Positions 39,450 through 53,275 of a stretch of 64,000 nucleotides of DNA are shown here, in pieces. The DNA comes from Antedon mediterranea. Lineage: Eukaryota; Animalia; Echinodermata. Every line of letters starts with the position of its first letter. Within the stretch, counting starts at the first letter, position 1. Below the pieces are notes generated by a model that worked only from the letters and a program-made list of their open reading frames with translations, did not search any database and was not told the DNA's origin. A program made the translations under genes and the position numbers. The DNA is taken from NCBI RefSeq assembly GCF_964355755.1, contig NC_092679.1, positions 19,451,432-19,515,431 of the forward strand, given 5' to 3'.

Positions 39450-39620
39450 CAGTTAATTCTCCCAATACCAGACTCTCTGAAAACCAGAAACTCTCCCAAG
39501 ACTTTTCTAGAGGTTTAAAATGTCCCATTCATTTTTAAAAACACATTCTAAATACCAGACTTTCCGGAAAACCAGACTATTCAGCCAGCCCAAAGGTGTC
39601 TATATTGTGAGAGTTGACTG
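39450..39620. mobile_element. Tigger/pogo-like MITE
   Basis: TA|CAGTTAATTCTCCCAATA...TATTGTGAGAGTTGACTG. Confidence 0.6.
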
Positions 39621-40007
39621 TGTAATGAATTGGATTTATAGTTACAATTAACACTATATTATTTAAAATAAAAAATACGTGATTACATTTGCTACTGTAC
39701 ATATTAAACCAATATTGGTTAATTCAAACAGTCCTAACAACATATCGCATATAACAGTGAGTCCATTAAAAACATGTAATTTTCTATTGTAAAATACTAC
39801 AGTGCTATAGTATTAGCTCTGTCTACACTATCAAACTACATAGTTTGACAAAAAAAATGCTAGTGATATGCCCAAATATGGTAGTGATATACCCATCATG
39901 TCTATATATGGGCACATCACATTTTTTTGTCACAACATAAAGTTTGATAGTGTAGACAAAGACTATAGTATTTGATAATTACTATTTTATTTTTTATATT
40001 TTTTTAG

Positions 40008-40081
40008 ATATTTCTGAAGCATGGTTAGGTGTTCTATTACAAGTTATTTCACATTTACCGAAAGATCTTATTCGAAAAGAG
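40008..40081 (+). CDS. PPP4R4: PPP4R4 exon 5 (ends at a GC donor)
   Basis: tttttag|(D)ISEAWLGVLLQVISHLPKDLIRKE|gcaagt; only the GC donor keeps frame with exon 6. Confidence 0.9.
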
Positions 40082-41945
40082 GCAAGTGAATACTGTATTT
40101 ATTATAATATTATTTTATATTAAACATAAATTAATACTGAAAATATATTCATATTTATTTATTTCCCAGAAAACACACAAAATATACAAGTACAAACATC
40201 AGATAACCTTTAAAATATCAACAAAACCACACAAAATTCTGGTTGTGAACAGAGTCTCTAAATAAGCACGAAATGTAAATGTCATAAATTGGTTCAATAA
40301 ATTTTTAATCAATTTGAATTTCAGATTAAAAAAACATGAAACCATGCATTGAAATCATGTATTTAAACATGATATTGTAAATGAATACAGTATATAAATT
40401 ATATTATAACCTCCAATCAACTGTACAACCGTAGGAGGTGTACGATGTCATCATCAACAACGTTCGATTATAAAATACTTCGTTTTTTTACACTATAGCT
40501 GAAACTTTATCATTTTTAAACTAAAGCTACAATACCATACAATACAAAACAATATCAAACTTTATGTGACAAAAAAATGTAATGTGCTTATATATGGACA
40601 TGATGATGTCATATCACTACCATATTTGGGCATATCACTACAATATTTGGGCACATCACACTTTTTTTCAAACTAGTTTGATAGTGTAGACAGAGCTACT
40701 GTAAGTGAAATTCTTGAAGATTGTCATTGAATCATTGAATATTGATAATACAGTTACTGCTGTATCTGATTAAAAAATTGCAAGTACTAGGGTCATAAAT
40801 TCTAATTAATGTTGTCCAAGTACTGTGTACATGTTTGAATTGCATTTCATAATTATTTTAATAAGGTGTTATTAACATGAACAAATTTGAAAGGTTCAAA
40901 TTACTGATGTCATAAATTAAGTTAAAACTACAGAAGGAGATTGCATGCTGTGATTTGTTCCAATCCCGTCAAATTGATTTTACAAACCCATCAAATCAGG
41001 TTAAATTAAAAACACAAGTGCCAGAATGTGTACAGTAACCATGGCAATGATATTATGAACACTTTCGGTTCAGTAGAGTTGTCTGAATGTAATAACAGTC
41101 ACTGATTACAGATCATGTGTAATAAAGTGATATAATCAAGTATGTACAATCGGCAGGTGTTTGTAGTAACGCGACCGTAGTAATGATTCTCGTGTAGCTA
41201 ACGACGCTGGTGTACTAACGAGCCTTGTGTGTAGTAACACCCATTGTGGTTGAGATAGTCATATTAGCTTATATTCTTAACAATGGTTTCATAGCATTGT
41301 GTTGTATCTTCCATATTCAAAGCCTATCCAGGAAATAGGTATTCTCGATTGAGTGAGCGAAATCATATATTTTTGGTATTGGTGATACAGTACAGCAATA
41401 CATGCATCATAAATAATATTTGTACCTTATTTGCATAACAATGTACTATCATATCATCATGATTACATACTATACGTAAGAATATTAATGTGTACAACAA
41501 ATCACAAACAGATAATAATATAATATAAAGAAATAATTTTTTTTACAAAATTACTGATTCTAGTATAATTTAGAAATTAGACTTATATGACTCCTTTCCC
41601 CCCCCCCCCCCCCCCACACACACACATAATCAATTTATTGAATTTATGTATGTATTTTATTATATTGTGGAAATAAATCAAAATTTAAATTTTTCTTTTT
41701 TACACTACAGTTATAATTTCATAGAATCTCTATTATAATAATTAAGAAGTGAAAGTTTAACTTTTAATATCGGTTGATCTGTACTACAGTAACCCAATAT
41801 GCTCACAATGTGATAAATAAATGCATTCAATTTTCATGTCATTAAAAAACAATTATATTTAAATAGTTAGGATACAATTATTGTATTTATGATTTTTGTA
41901 ACTATTTTAACTAAACTATTTTGTTTTTCTAATTGTTTCTGGTAG

Positions 41946-42052
41946 ATTTTAACAGTAGCTATTTCTAAAGGTAGGCTGACGCAACTAATGCAATCACGTC
42001 TTGCGAGCTGTCTCATCCTGGGCAAAATAGCAACACGATTTGACTCTTTTAT
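41946..42052 (+). CDS. PPP4R4: PPP4R4 exon 6
   Basis: ggtag|ILTVAISKGRLTQLMQSRLASCLILGKIATRFDSF(M)|gtaagc. Confidence 0.93.
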
Positions 42053-42254
42053 GTAAGCATTCACTTTATGTTACTTGAGTGCTTTCTTATTTTCACCAAA
42101 AGAGGCTTATTTTAAGACGATCATTCTGCTTCACTGCTGTCGGGAAAATAAGTGGGATTGATTTTTGTTATCAATGTTTTTGCATTTTTTAAATTTTGTT
42201 TATGTCTTTAGGCACATAATCACTGTCCTATCCTATCAGATAGGTGGTAATCCA

Positions 42255-42413
42255 ATTAAAACTGTGTACATTGGACCTATGGTTTATAGTCCTTATCCGA
42301 GAAGACTTGTTCCACCACCAGAACCTTCGAACAGGCCTCAAACCCATGCCCATATTGTTGGCTCTGTAGGTGTGGTAAACGTCACCCCTGCCTTAACTGC
42401 TCGGCCATTTGAC
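42255..42413 (-). mobile_element. tRNA-derived SINE (Nin-domain-like)
   Basis: Minus strand reads gtcaaatggccgagcagttaaggc (A box)...agtcttctcggataaggactataaaccataggtcc; same family as 7774-7930. Confidence 0.7.
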
Positions 42414-42618
42414 TCGCATTATGAATTAAAAGATGTTTACTACTGTAGATAATTTCAATACAAAATTTGATGATAAAAAACGATTGACATTTCGAAACCA
42501 TCATTGACCCATTCTCAAGTATTTAAATCAAAATGTAAAATTATAATATAGAAATTTTAAACCCGAAGCTATCTTTTAATTATCGCTTCAAATATTATAT
42601 TTTTTATTTATTTTTTAG

Positions 42619-42726
42619 GATCAGAAAAGATCTTTTACCTCTCGTAACCTCATTATGCCAAGACATCGAGTATGAAGTAAGGGCGTGCATGTGTCGGCAA
42701 TTGGATGCCGTGGCAAGAGGATTAGG
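42619..42726 (+). CDS. PPP4R4: PPP4R4 exon 7
   Basis: tttag|IRKDLLPLVTSLCQDIEYEVRACMCRQLDAVARGL(G)|gtaagt; SLCQDxEYEVRxCMCRQL HEAT motif. Confidence 0.97.
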
Positions 42727-43208
42727 GTAAGTTTAAACCAATCAGGGGGGTTTATAGAGGACTATGGAAGCATTTTATGACGATATTTTGCTAAAGGCTT
42801 GGCTTGTACTTTAGAAGGTTAAAAGTTAAGTGCATCTGCTCTAGGGATTGTGTGATCTATCATAATTTGTCAAAAGAATGTGATTCATTTAAAACATCAC
42901 AATTTATAGGATTTTTTCTGACGTAAATGTAAATGACGGTCAATAAATTCTCTCAGATTAAGTGGGGTTTTTTTTGGCAATGATTGGTCGAAAGTTCAAA
43001 CTAGGTTTTTTTTTGTGGGGTTAGAAGGAATCATTCCAAAGGAAAAGTAGAGTATAACCTCTATATGTCATAGGAAAGGGGAAGTTCCCTGAATAGAAGG
43101 TGGCCTCGCATTTAAAGTGTCCTCTAAATAGGAGTGGTCTAAAAGAAGGGGTTCTACAGTACTGTACAGAAGCTGAAATTTATATAAAATATTGTATTGT
43201 CCTTGCAG

Positions 43209-43330
43209 ACTGGAACCAACAAAAAGTGCAATTCTACCGGAGCTAGTTGAACTTAGCAATGATGAGGAGAGCTGTGTACGGTTAGCAGCACTGGAAACTA
43301 TAGTCAACCTACTAAGTCTGCTGGACGATG
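43209..43330 (+). CDS. PPP4R4: PPP4R4 exon 8
   Basis: ttgcag|LEPTKSAILPELVELSNDEESCVRLAALETIVNLLSLLDD|gtaagt; HEAT repeat. Confidence 0.97.
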
Positions 43331-43349
43331 GTAAGTTTCTGAATCACAA

Positions 43350-43695
43350 TTTAATTACTGCAGTAAAATTTAATTACAGTAAGTAAGTAAGTTTAATTGC
43401 AGTAAGATGTAATTAATGTAGTAATTTTGAATTACTGCAGTAATCATTAATTACTGCATTAAAATGTAATTACTGTGGTTGGTTGGTACGTATCCGTCAT
43501 GTCTGACAGTTTGTGACTCTCATGATAGCGTTCCACTGTTTACGATCAGCAGCTAGTTAAATACTGTAGTAAAAGCTAATTACTGCAGTAAAATATAATT
43601 ACTGCAGTAAAATGTAATTACTGTAGTAAAAGCTAATTACTGCAGTAAAATATAATTACTTCAGTAAAATGTAATTACTGCAGTAATCTTCAATT
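43350..43695. repeat. 19-bp minisatellite with a palindromic core, just after exon 8
   Basis: Repeated taattactgcagtaaaatg. Confidence 0.88.
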
Positions 43696-43860
43696 ACATT
43701 ATTACTATTTTGCTTTTTTTAAATAATTGCATCCATCAATTTTTAAAAACTATATACACATTACGCAAGAAAGTAAACAGTGGCAGTGTATACAAAAACA
43801 GATACAAACAGAAGTTATAACAAATACATTAAAATATTGCGAACCTCTGACTTTGACTTA

Positions 43861-46800
43861 CAGTACCGGACAGAATTATTGCAGATTTTGAACGCATTCA
43901 ACGCATTGTTAAAGTGTTGACAACGCGTTGAAACTGCGTTGTCCGTTGGCGTTGAAAGTGTTGAGTTCGTTGAACTGTTTATTCAACCAACACAATGTGT
44001 TGCGTTGAGTTTGCGTTGAAATAACGAACAATCGGATTCGTATGGTATTTACAGATTGCCAGTGTGTATTAGTAGTAGTAGTAATAGTATAAAATACAGT
44101 ATTACAAATATTTAAGAAAACAAACATAATGTGTATTTTTCCGCGGAAACCTAGCTTAATATATTACACTAGGCTAGGCCTACTACTAACGAGTAGGCCC
44201 CGTGTGTATATGAGCCGCGTCTGCCATCGCAGTTAAAAGTAGTGGTCATGTCCTTAATTACTGTGTGCCTATATTAACTGGAGTATTAAATACCAAAGTT
44301 AAGGCGGCGGTGAATCTTGGAGGCTAGGTCACATCGTAATTAATTATTTCCAAACTAAAAACTTCGCAGTACTGTACTACATTTTTCTCGATTTATAAAA
44401 ACAACGTAGCCTACACCCGCCGCCATGGAAGGCAACAATACACCACCAACATAACGATCCAGCATGGTTGTCGTCTTTTTCACGCATGCTTTTCGTGACG
44501 TGAGGGACGAACTGATCGAAAGGTGAAGAGTTCATTCATTATGAAATAACGCGTAATTAAAAGGGAAAAAATCGTTTAGTTTTATTATTATCCATAAATA
44601 TATCATTTATATCATGTATTATATTATAAATTAATTATTGTGATGCCTAACGTAACCCATGCAGAGAAAAGCGTTAAATATAATAACCAAGAAATAGGAA
44701 TGACCAATTTGATGACAATAGGCAATGTTAGGCGTTTTCTTTAAAATCAAAACCTGTGCCATACCATATTATTCACGCCAAGGTGTAACCCACAAATATT
44801 TGAATAACCAAACAATTCAGAATAAAGAACCACTTTATTCTGATGCAAGACAATATATTATTACAGGCGAGGTTTAGGCGTTTTCTCTTTAACATACTAT
44901 TGTTTTGTTTCTTAATATAATTATATTGGCCTCCTCCTGAAATGGTATGGGAGTTGCGAGAATATGCGAGCGAACAGCCAACATTTTAATCAGTTTACAG
45001 TGTGATGCTTTTCAAAACGCGCAACGTTTTCAACGCGTTGAACGCTATGGGATTCAATTGTTTAACGTCGTCAATGAACGGTCAACGGGTTCAACACATT
45101 CAACACGCTCTATTGTTAACGTATTCAAAACGCTTTTTGTACTTAAAAATGTAATGTTGTTCGATTTATAAAGATTTAAATTGGTTCATGGGTGTCGGAC
45201 ACGTCAAATTTTTTAGTTCTTTCAAATTACATTACAACAAACAATGGGACAATTATAAAATAAAAACCAAAATAGAGAAACAATATTTTAACTTTATCTC
45301 TTGAATCTCGAACAGCTAAAAAATGTAGGCCTAAATAAAATTAATTACTTCGTCGTCATTAACGATCGTTAAATACGTCATAACACACGTGGTGTTTTTC
45401 TTGAGGAAACCAGGGTGGCGGCCTCGTGTGTTGATGTCAGTAATTTCCACGTTGTTTGATTTTACGACGTGAGATCGTGTTTTCCCCCGGAAGGCCTACA
45501 GTACAGTGTTAACTGTTAGACTTGGCATCGACCTTATTATTCGATGTTTTCCTTCACTAAACACTGGGAAATATCACTGTGTGTTTTATTTGGTAACTGT
45601 CCGTTCAATACTTAAAAATATATCTAAGCTTCATATATATTTTATTTATATTAAAATATCTGGTAGTGACTGCCGATAGGTATTTTGCCTGTTGTTGTTA
45701 CTGATCGTTCAGGCGTGCAATCGGCCAGTCTAGTGCTGCAGCAGCTAGCGTTGAAATAACTAATTGTTTACTTGACATGCTGATAATGACTTTCGTTGAA
45801 TAAACAACTAAACGTTGAAAGCCGTTCAACGCAACGCAAACACAACGCAACGACAACGTGTTGAATGCGTTGGGATTTTTGCAATAATTCTGTCCTGTAC
45901 TGAGTACCGGACAGAATTATTGCAGATTTTGAACGCATTCAACGCATTGTTAAAGTGTTGACAACGCGTTGAAACTGCGTTGTCCGTTGGCGTTGAAAGT
46001 GTTGAGTTCGTTGAACTGTTTATTCAACCAACACAATGTGTTGCGTTGAGTTTGCGTTGAAATAACGAACAATCGGATTCGTATGGTATTTACAGATTGC
46101 CAGTGTGTATTAGTAGTAGTAGTAATAGTATAAAATACAGTATTACAAATATTTAAGAAAACAAACATAATGTGTATTTTTCCGCGGAAACCTAGCTTAA
46201 TATATTACACTAGGCTAGGCCTACTACTAACGAGTAGGCCCCGTGTGTATATGAGCCGCGTCTGCCATCGCAGTTAAAAGTAGTGGTCATGTCCTTAATT
46301 ACTGTGTGCCTATATTAACTGGAGTATTAAATACCAAAGTTAAGGCGGCGGTGAATCTTGGAGGCTAGGTCACATCGTAATTAATTATTTCCAAACTAAA
46401 AACTTCGCAGTACTGTACTACATTTTTCTCGATTTATAAAAACAACGTAGCCTACACCCGCCGCCATGGAAGGCAACAATACACCACCAACATAACGATC
46501 CAGCATGGTTGTCGTCTTTTTCACGCATGCTTTTCGTGACGTGAGGGACGAACTGATCGAAAGGTGAAGAGTTCATTCATTATGAAATAACGCGTAATTA
46601 AAAGGGAAAAAATCGTTTAGTTTTATTATTATCCATAAATATATCATTTATATCATGTATTATATTATAAATTAATTATTGTGATGCCTAACGTAACCCA
46701 TGCAGAGAAAAGCGTTAAATATAATAACCAAGAAATAGGAATGACCAATTTGATGACAATAGGCAATGTTAGGCGTTTTCTTTAAAATCAAAACCTGTGC

Positions 46801-47943
46801 CATACCATATTATTCACGCCAAGGTGTAACCCACAAATATTTGAATAACCAAACAATTCAGAATAAAGAACCACTTTATTCTGATGCAAGACAATATATT
46901 ATTACAGGCGAGGTTTAGGCGTTTTCTCTTTAACATACTATTGTTTTGTTTCTTAATATAATTATATTGGCCTCCTCCTGAAATGGTATGGGAGTTGCGA
47001 GAATATGCGAGCGAACAGCCAACATTTTAATCAGTTTACAGTGTGATGCTTTTCAAAACGCGCAACGTTTTCAACGCGTTGAACGCTATGGGATTCAATT
47101 GTTTAACGTCGTCAATGAACGGTCAACGGGTTCAACACATTCAACACGCTCTATTGTTAACGTATTCAAAACGCTTTTTGTACTTAAAAATGTAATGTTG
47201 TTCGATTTATAAAGATTTAAATTGGTTCATGGGTGTCGGACACGTCAAATTTTTTAGTTCTTTCAAATTACATTACAACAAACAATGGGACAATTATAAA
47301 ATAAAAACCAAAATAGAGAAACAATATTTTAACTTTATCTCTTGAATCTCGAACAGCTAAAAAATGTAGGCCTAAATAAAATTAATTACTTCGTCGTCAT
47401 TAACGATCGTTAAATACGTCATAACACACGTGGTGTTTTTCTTGAGGAAACCAGGGTGGCGGCCTCGTGTGTTGATGTCAGTAATTTCCACGTTGTTTGA
47501 TTTTACGACGTGAGATCGTGTTTTCCCCCGGAAGGCCTACAGTACAGTGTTAACTGTTAGACTTGGCATCGACCTTATTATTCGATGTTTTCCTTCACTA
47601 AACACTGGGAAATATCACTGTGTGTTTTATTTGGTAACTGTCCGTTCAATACTTAAAAATATATCTAAGCTTCATATATATTTTATTTATATTAAAATAT
47701 CTGGTAGTGACTGCCGATAGGTATTTTGCCTGTTGTTGTTACTGATCGTTCAGGCGTGCAATCGGCCAGTCTAGTGCTGCAGCAGCTAGCGTTGAAATAA
47801 CTAATTGTTTACTTGACATGCTGATAATGACTTTCGTTGAATAAACAACTAAACGTTGAAAGCCGTTCAACGCAACGCAAACACAACGCAACGACAACGT
47901 GTTGAATGCGTTGGGATTTTTGCAATAATTCTGTCCTGTACTG
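43861..47943. mobile_element. Head-to-tail dimer of a ~2.04-kb non-autonomous Tc1/mariner-type DNA transposon (43861-45902, 45903-47943)
   Basis: TA|CAGTACCGGACAGAATTATTGCA...TGCAATAATTCTGTCCTGTACTG|TA; period 2041 bp, copies look identical; no transposase ORF. Confidence 0.9.
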
Positions 47944-48171
47944 TATATCCAGATTATAGTGGGTAATAACAATAACCCCATTTTATTTGATCTTGTAATC
48001 ATTGTGCAATTTAAAGAATATTATGTATAGTTTAACAGCATTGTGTGTACAGTTTACCATTATCGGTGTAAATGCCTTCAATACAATTTTTTTAGTGACA
48101 TTTTCCGCCTGAAAAAATTGTTTTCTAATAAAAATAATAGTAATCCTTCTTATAGTGTTTATTGGATAATT

Positions 48172-48312
48172 CTTCCAAGCGCTTCACATTATTACCCCAG
48201 TATTTTTTTTTATCAAACACGTATGGAAACATACTCCCATAATGCAGCTAGTAATCAGCACAAAGTTGTGTCTTGATCAAATCAGGTACCCATTTATACA
48301 CCTGGGTGGAGT
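48172..48312 (-). mobile_element. CORE/MIR-like SINE relic
   Basis: Minus strand reads ctccacccaggtgtataaatgggtacctg and ends tgtgaagcgcttgg (L2-like tail). Confidence 0.55.
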
Positions 48313-49217
48313 ACATCCCCAATGTTTATTAGGTTTTCCTTTATGCCATTTTGTACTGTTCTAGTACTTCATTATAATATGATAAAGCCCCATTTCCTAC
48401 GTTTTTTTAGATTTAATTTAAGGTCACAAATTTAATACATTAATTGTAAAAATACATACTATACAGTATGTCCTATTGCGATAACTTTTTTCATCTTTAA
48501 ATGGTTTAAAATGTGAAAAATAAGTTGATTCTAATAATTGAAGCGTTCCACTCTAAATATTGGTAATATAATTTGGGAGCACATACAATAAGTTATTTAC
48601 TTGTGTATTGTGCAAATTTCATCAAAATTTGTATGCACAATTGATATTAAATTAAGCAATGTGCTATAACAGAAATGCAATCCACACTACCAAAAACTGA
48701 CAATTTCTTGTTTTCTAGAATTTTTTTTATTACGAAATAATTACTCGTATAAGAAGAATTTAGCCTTTAAGAAAAAGTCTGGTTTTTGCTGAATTTCTTG
48801 TTACAAAAATAGGAGAGTTTGGCTGTAATTTCTAATATCATTATACTACATTATAATCTGTATGTTTTTCAGTGTAGTTAATACTGTGTATAGCGTACTG
48901 TAACAGTACTGTATGTATATTTGTGTGTGTGTGTGTGAAAATAGCATATCTGAATACATTGGAATGTCTCTCTTGAGTTTATGTTGTAGGCATGATTTGG
49001 GATTTACGAAAGGTGACATAGTTAATGATGTGTGGCGTAAATCATGCTTGTGTTAAAGCAGCAAAAACTAATAAAACATAAAGGTCAGATTGCTGGGTGT
49101 TTAAATTATTATTCCATTTGATCTTTGCCAATTCGTTAGTATACTTGCAGTACATAAAAATATGTTTTAATTTTTATTCAGGTGTAATTTTTGTATTATC
49201 GTACAGTATATGAAGTA

Positions 49218-50062
49218 CCGTATATTTCGGTGTATAAGTTGCACCTGTGTATAAGACGCACCCCCTAACTGAGAGTAAAATATCGGTATTTTTTATATCG
49301 TCTATGTATAAGACGCACTTTATATTTCATCATTTTAACAATGTTTTTTTTTAAATTGTAATCAATATTATTGTTTTAATATATTGTTATATCTACAACG
49401 GAGTCCTTTATTTAGGGTTTTTCTTACCTAGGCTCGGCCGCGCCCAGCCTCAACAAGTTCTTCTAACTTGTTATTCATGAGTTTCGCACCTGCAACATCG
49501 AGTGCATGACCGTGTGTGTAACACGCACGTGTGTGGGCTAGCCTCGCTCGATCATTTCGAGAGGGCGTACGTTTTCACGGACAATCGTATTCGATTAGTA
49601 TCTATGTATCCGAAAAGTGTATACGCTAGGTCCATGCTATAATCAACTGGAGAATATACTAGTCGAATACCATAGACCATGTGGCCGCCAAGAAGGGCTT
49701 GCGCTGGGGGTACGGCGGTCGACGATCGTGCGTATAACTATAAATAAATACTATTCCAATCGTAAACGTTTACAAATGAAATTTTATCGGAGCGCCTAAA
49801 ACAGCTCCATAATGAACAAATATTTTCATCATATTTAGTATATATAACATCACGCTAAAATGCCTTGAAAACTAGGCAGAAGCAGGTTGCCGTTACGTTA
49901 GTACACTGTAGCTAGCCTAGGCTAGGCCTAGCCAACGAGGTGACGATATGTAGGCTACAATCTGTGTGGTGTGAGGCATAATGTTCGGTGTATAAGACGC
50001 ACCCTTAATTTAGAGGGCAAATTTGCGTGTCAAAAGTGCGACTTACACACTGAAATATATGG
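49218..50062. mobile_element. Non-autonomous Tc2/pogo-like DNA transposon
   Basis: TA|CCGTATATTTCGGTGTATAAGTTGCAC...GTGCGACTTACACACTGAAATATATGG|TA, with subterminal TATAAGACGCAC repeats. Confidence 0.82.
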
Positions 50063-52195
50063 TATGTAGCACCATAGGGCCTGGAAATTCGGAGTGGGAT
50101 TATACTTGGATTTATTGCATAATTCAATGTATTTATCAAAGCCTTATTCTCTCTAGCTTAAATTAGGCGTTGCGATTACTGTATATTCAAACGTGGGATT
50201 ATTAATAATTAAAATCCAATTCACAATTATGCATTTGTCAATTGTATGACCAACTATACGACCCCGGGAGAGGTGCATCATTTGTCCAATGTGAATCATA
50301 CCTTAGGAATACCATGGCACACCTCTACGTCAAAAATTGACTTGCCTTTAGGTGACCATGACGCACCCATTTTGACGCCTTGTGACCAAGTTTTTCATGG
50401 GGTAGTGACGGACATTGACACACCATTGTTCATTGATGTAACATACCATTTAGGTTTTTCACACACTGCTGCATCAATAATTATTTGTAAATGATACCTT
50501 AAACGGAACTTAAATACTGTAAATGTATTTTTTATAGCCTATGTATTGTACAATAGTTTAATCAATTATGTTGTTAGATAAATAAGCCTCCATTAAATTG
50601 TTAATTAAATTATTAATTAAAATAGAGATCCTACTGTAGGCCATTGTATCTCCTATATAACCCATTGAAATTGTTGAAAGCAATTTCATTCAACAAAAAT
50701 TAATTCATTTTACAAATCCCAAAAGTACAATTTCATATAATTCTCAAGATAAATTGTTATTTCAAAGTGAAAAATTGTATATATTTTTTTTATTTCCTGA
50801 AACATATTTAAGAATGTTTCAAATGTCTAGGGGCATGTTTGTCCCTTTTTCTATGACTCAATATTGAGGAATTCTGAATTCTTTTTGGTTCAATTTGAGT
50901 CTTGTTTCACTCTCTCATAATTCATCTATAAATTGTTAAGATTCCCCTAATAATTTGTCAATACAACAAGAACAAATCAATCCCTGAAGATTTTTTTTAC
51001 AAAATAATTATTAACCTGTATCTACACTATTAAACTTTATGTCACAAAAAAATATGATGTGCCCAATGATGATGATATATCACTGCCATATTTGGGATAT
51101 CACTACCATATATTTGGGCACATCAAACTTTTTTTTGTCAAGCTAGTTTGATAGTGTAGACAGCAAGCTTAAGACAAAGTTGTATACATGTGGTCTTGTA
51201 CTAATTGGTTTAACAAATTAGTTTTATACAAAGAGAATCTAAATTGCATTTATATTTTACAGGGTTGTCCAACCTTTGATAAAATATATGTATATTTTTT
51301 GTTTAATGTATTTTTTTATAATTATAGCAAAATAATTATTAACTGCAATATATACAAAGTTTGGTATGTACAGAGGTTTCCTATATTATGGTCTCGTACT
51401 AAAGGACAAAATTAGTTTGATACTATAAGTGGATCAATAACATAAAGTGAAACCACATTTAGAGGTTCCAATTATTATTTATATATTTCCAAAGTAGTCT
51501 AAACTTCTGATACTGTAGAACAATTTCACCAGTTTTTTAGCACTGCAATTTGCATTAAAAAAATATATTGTTCTAGCCAAGATGCAAGGTGGAACTACTG
51601 TACATTTAATACGTTAATTCTTCATACACCTTCGTACAAACATGGAGGTATGGTTTTCCAGCAATATTATCATTGATGTAATTTGCATTTTTAATTCCAT
51701 ATTTATTAAACTGTAGTACAGTAGGCTTTATTGGAAATTGCTATCTCCTGAGTTCCCATAAATATACAATTGTGGGATTACCTACTCAAAAGAACACACC
51801 TTTTGACCTATTAGTGTTAAATACAACAGTTATATTTATCTCTGTCTGATCAGTGATAGTACCATTTTGGTATTTCACAATAGTATAAAAGAGTATAATA
51901 GCTACCTGTGTGTTTTGGAAATTGAACAGGTCCTGCTAAGTAAAAAGTATTTTTATTAAGTACTGTCTAAATACGATATTGAAAGAAGGTGTTTGTATAG
52001 CATTTGGATGGGGTTGTGCCATGCTTTAACAGTTTTATTGTGAACTTGTACTTAGACAATACAAGCGTACTGACAAGGTAAAGCAGGGTTATCAGGTATT
52101 GTTACCCCTTGCAGGGGTTTATTTAAGGTTGCGAGTGAAAATAGAAGTTGATGGGAAGATAAAAGTAAGAAGTGCAAGTGGCCCCAGTAGGTTCT

Positions 52196-52670
52196 AACAC
52201 CAAATTCCATATATGAATCTCCTTCTTTGCCCCAGTGTCTATATTGTATCAAAGATATTCTTATTTTCATAAAATTCTTTTACCAGCAATAATTGTTTTG
52301 TTCTTGGTATTACTCGAACACCAAATACTATAATGAATCTCCTTTTTTGCCCCAGTGTCTATATCGTATCAAAGATATTCTTATTTTCGCTAAATTCTTT
52401 TACCAGCAATAATTGTTTTGTTCTTTGTAACTCGAACACCAAATACTATAATAAATCTTAATCTTTGTCCCAGTGTCTATATCGTATCAAAAGAACAGTA
52501 TTCTTTTTTTCGCTGAATTTTACCAGCAATAATTGTTTTGCTCTTGTTATTAAAACTCACTCTAAAACCAAATTCTATATGAATCTCCTTCTTTGCCCCC
52601 AGTGTCTATATCATATCAAATATATTCTTATTTTCGCTAAATTGTTTACCAGCAATAATTGTTTTGCTTG
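52196..52670. repeat. Four-copy ~120-bp tandem repeat
   Basis: cccagtgtctatatcgtatcaaa...ttaccagcaataattgttttg occurs four times. Confidence 0.9.
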
Positions 52671-53275
52671 TTAAACTTTCTCTTCATAAACCTGGGTCAA
52701 AACACAGGATTTGAGAATGATTTTGTTTGTCAAATACTGTACAATATACAAACACATGAGGCTTTAAAGTCTCAAAAAGACATGACTTACATATTTTTTT
52801 ACTGTGGACTCTTGACATTTTAAAAGAGGATCTTATATAAACAAAGCTGTTTGGTGTTTTTATGAGGAATATGTTCAAACTTACAGTATGTAATCTAATA
52901 TTCTTTCTAATCTTTTTCTTGATCAACAAGCCATTGCAAGGAATTCATTTTTCACACAAGGTATCTTTATACTAGATAAATAGCTTTACATTTTTTGCAT
53001 GGCCCCCTTTTTTTTAATCGTTTTTTTACGAAAGTTTCATCGTAAATTAATTGTGTATTTTATTATTTCAATTTTTTTATTTTAATTGGCATTGCACACT
53101 ATTTTTATCTGTATTAAACTATATTTTTATATAATTTATTTTTATATTTTAAGTACAGTACCTTCTTCTATGTACCTAGACGATTTCATGTGTAGAAGTT
53201 TGCTTGCCATATGTCCCTCTAAATGTTAAGCAGTTTTTAGTATGGCCTACAAGAGCTGTTGTAACTAAAGTTATT

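Noticed and set aside
43909-47212. Duplicated 72-aa and 74-aa ORFs as a gene pair
   Set aside because: Chance ORFs inside the duplicated non-autonomous transposon; no domain similarity.
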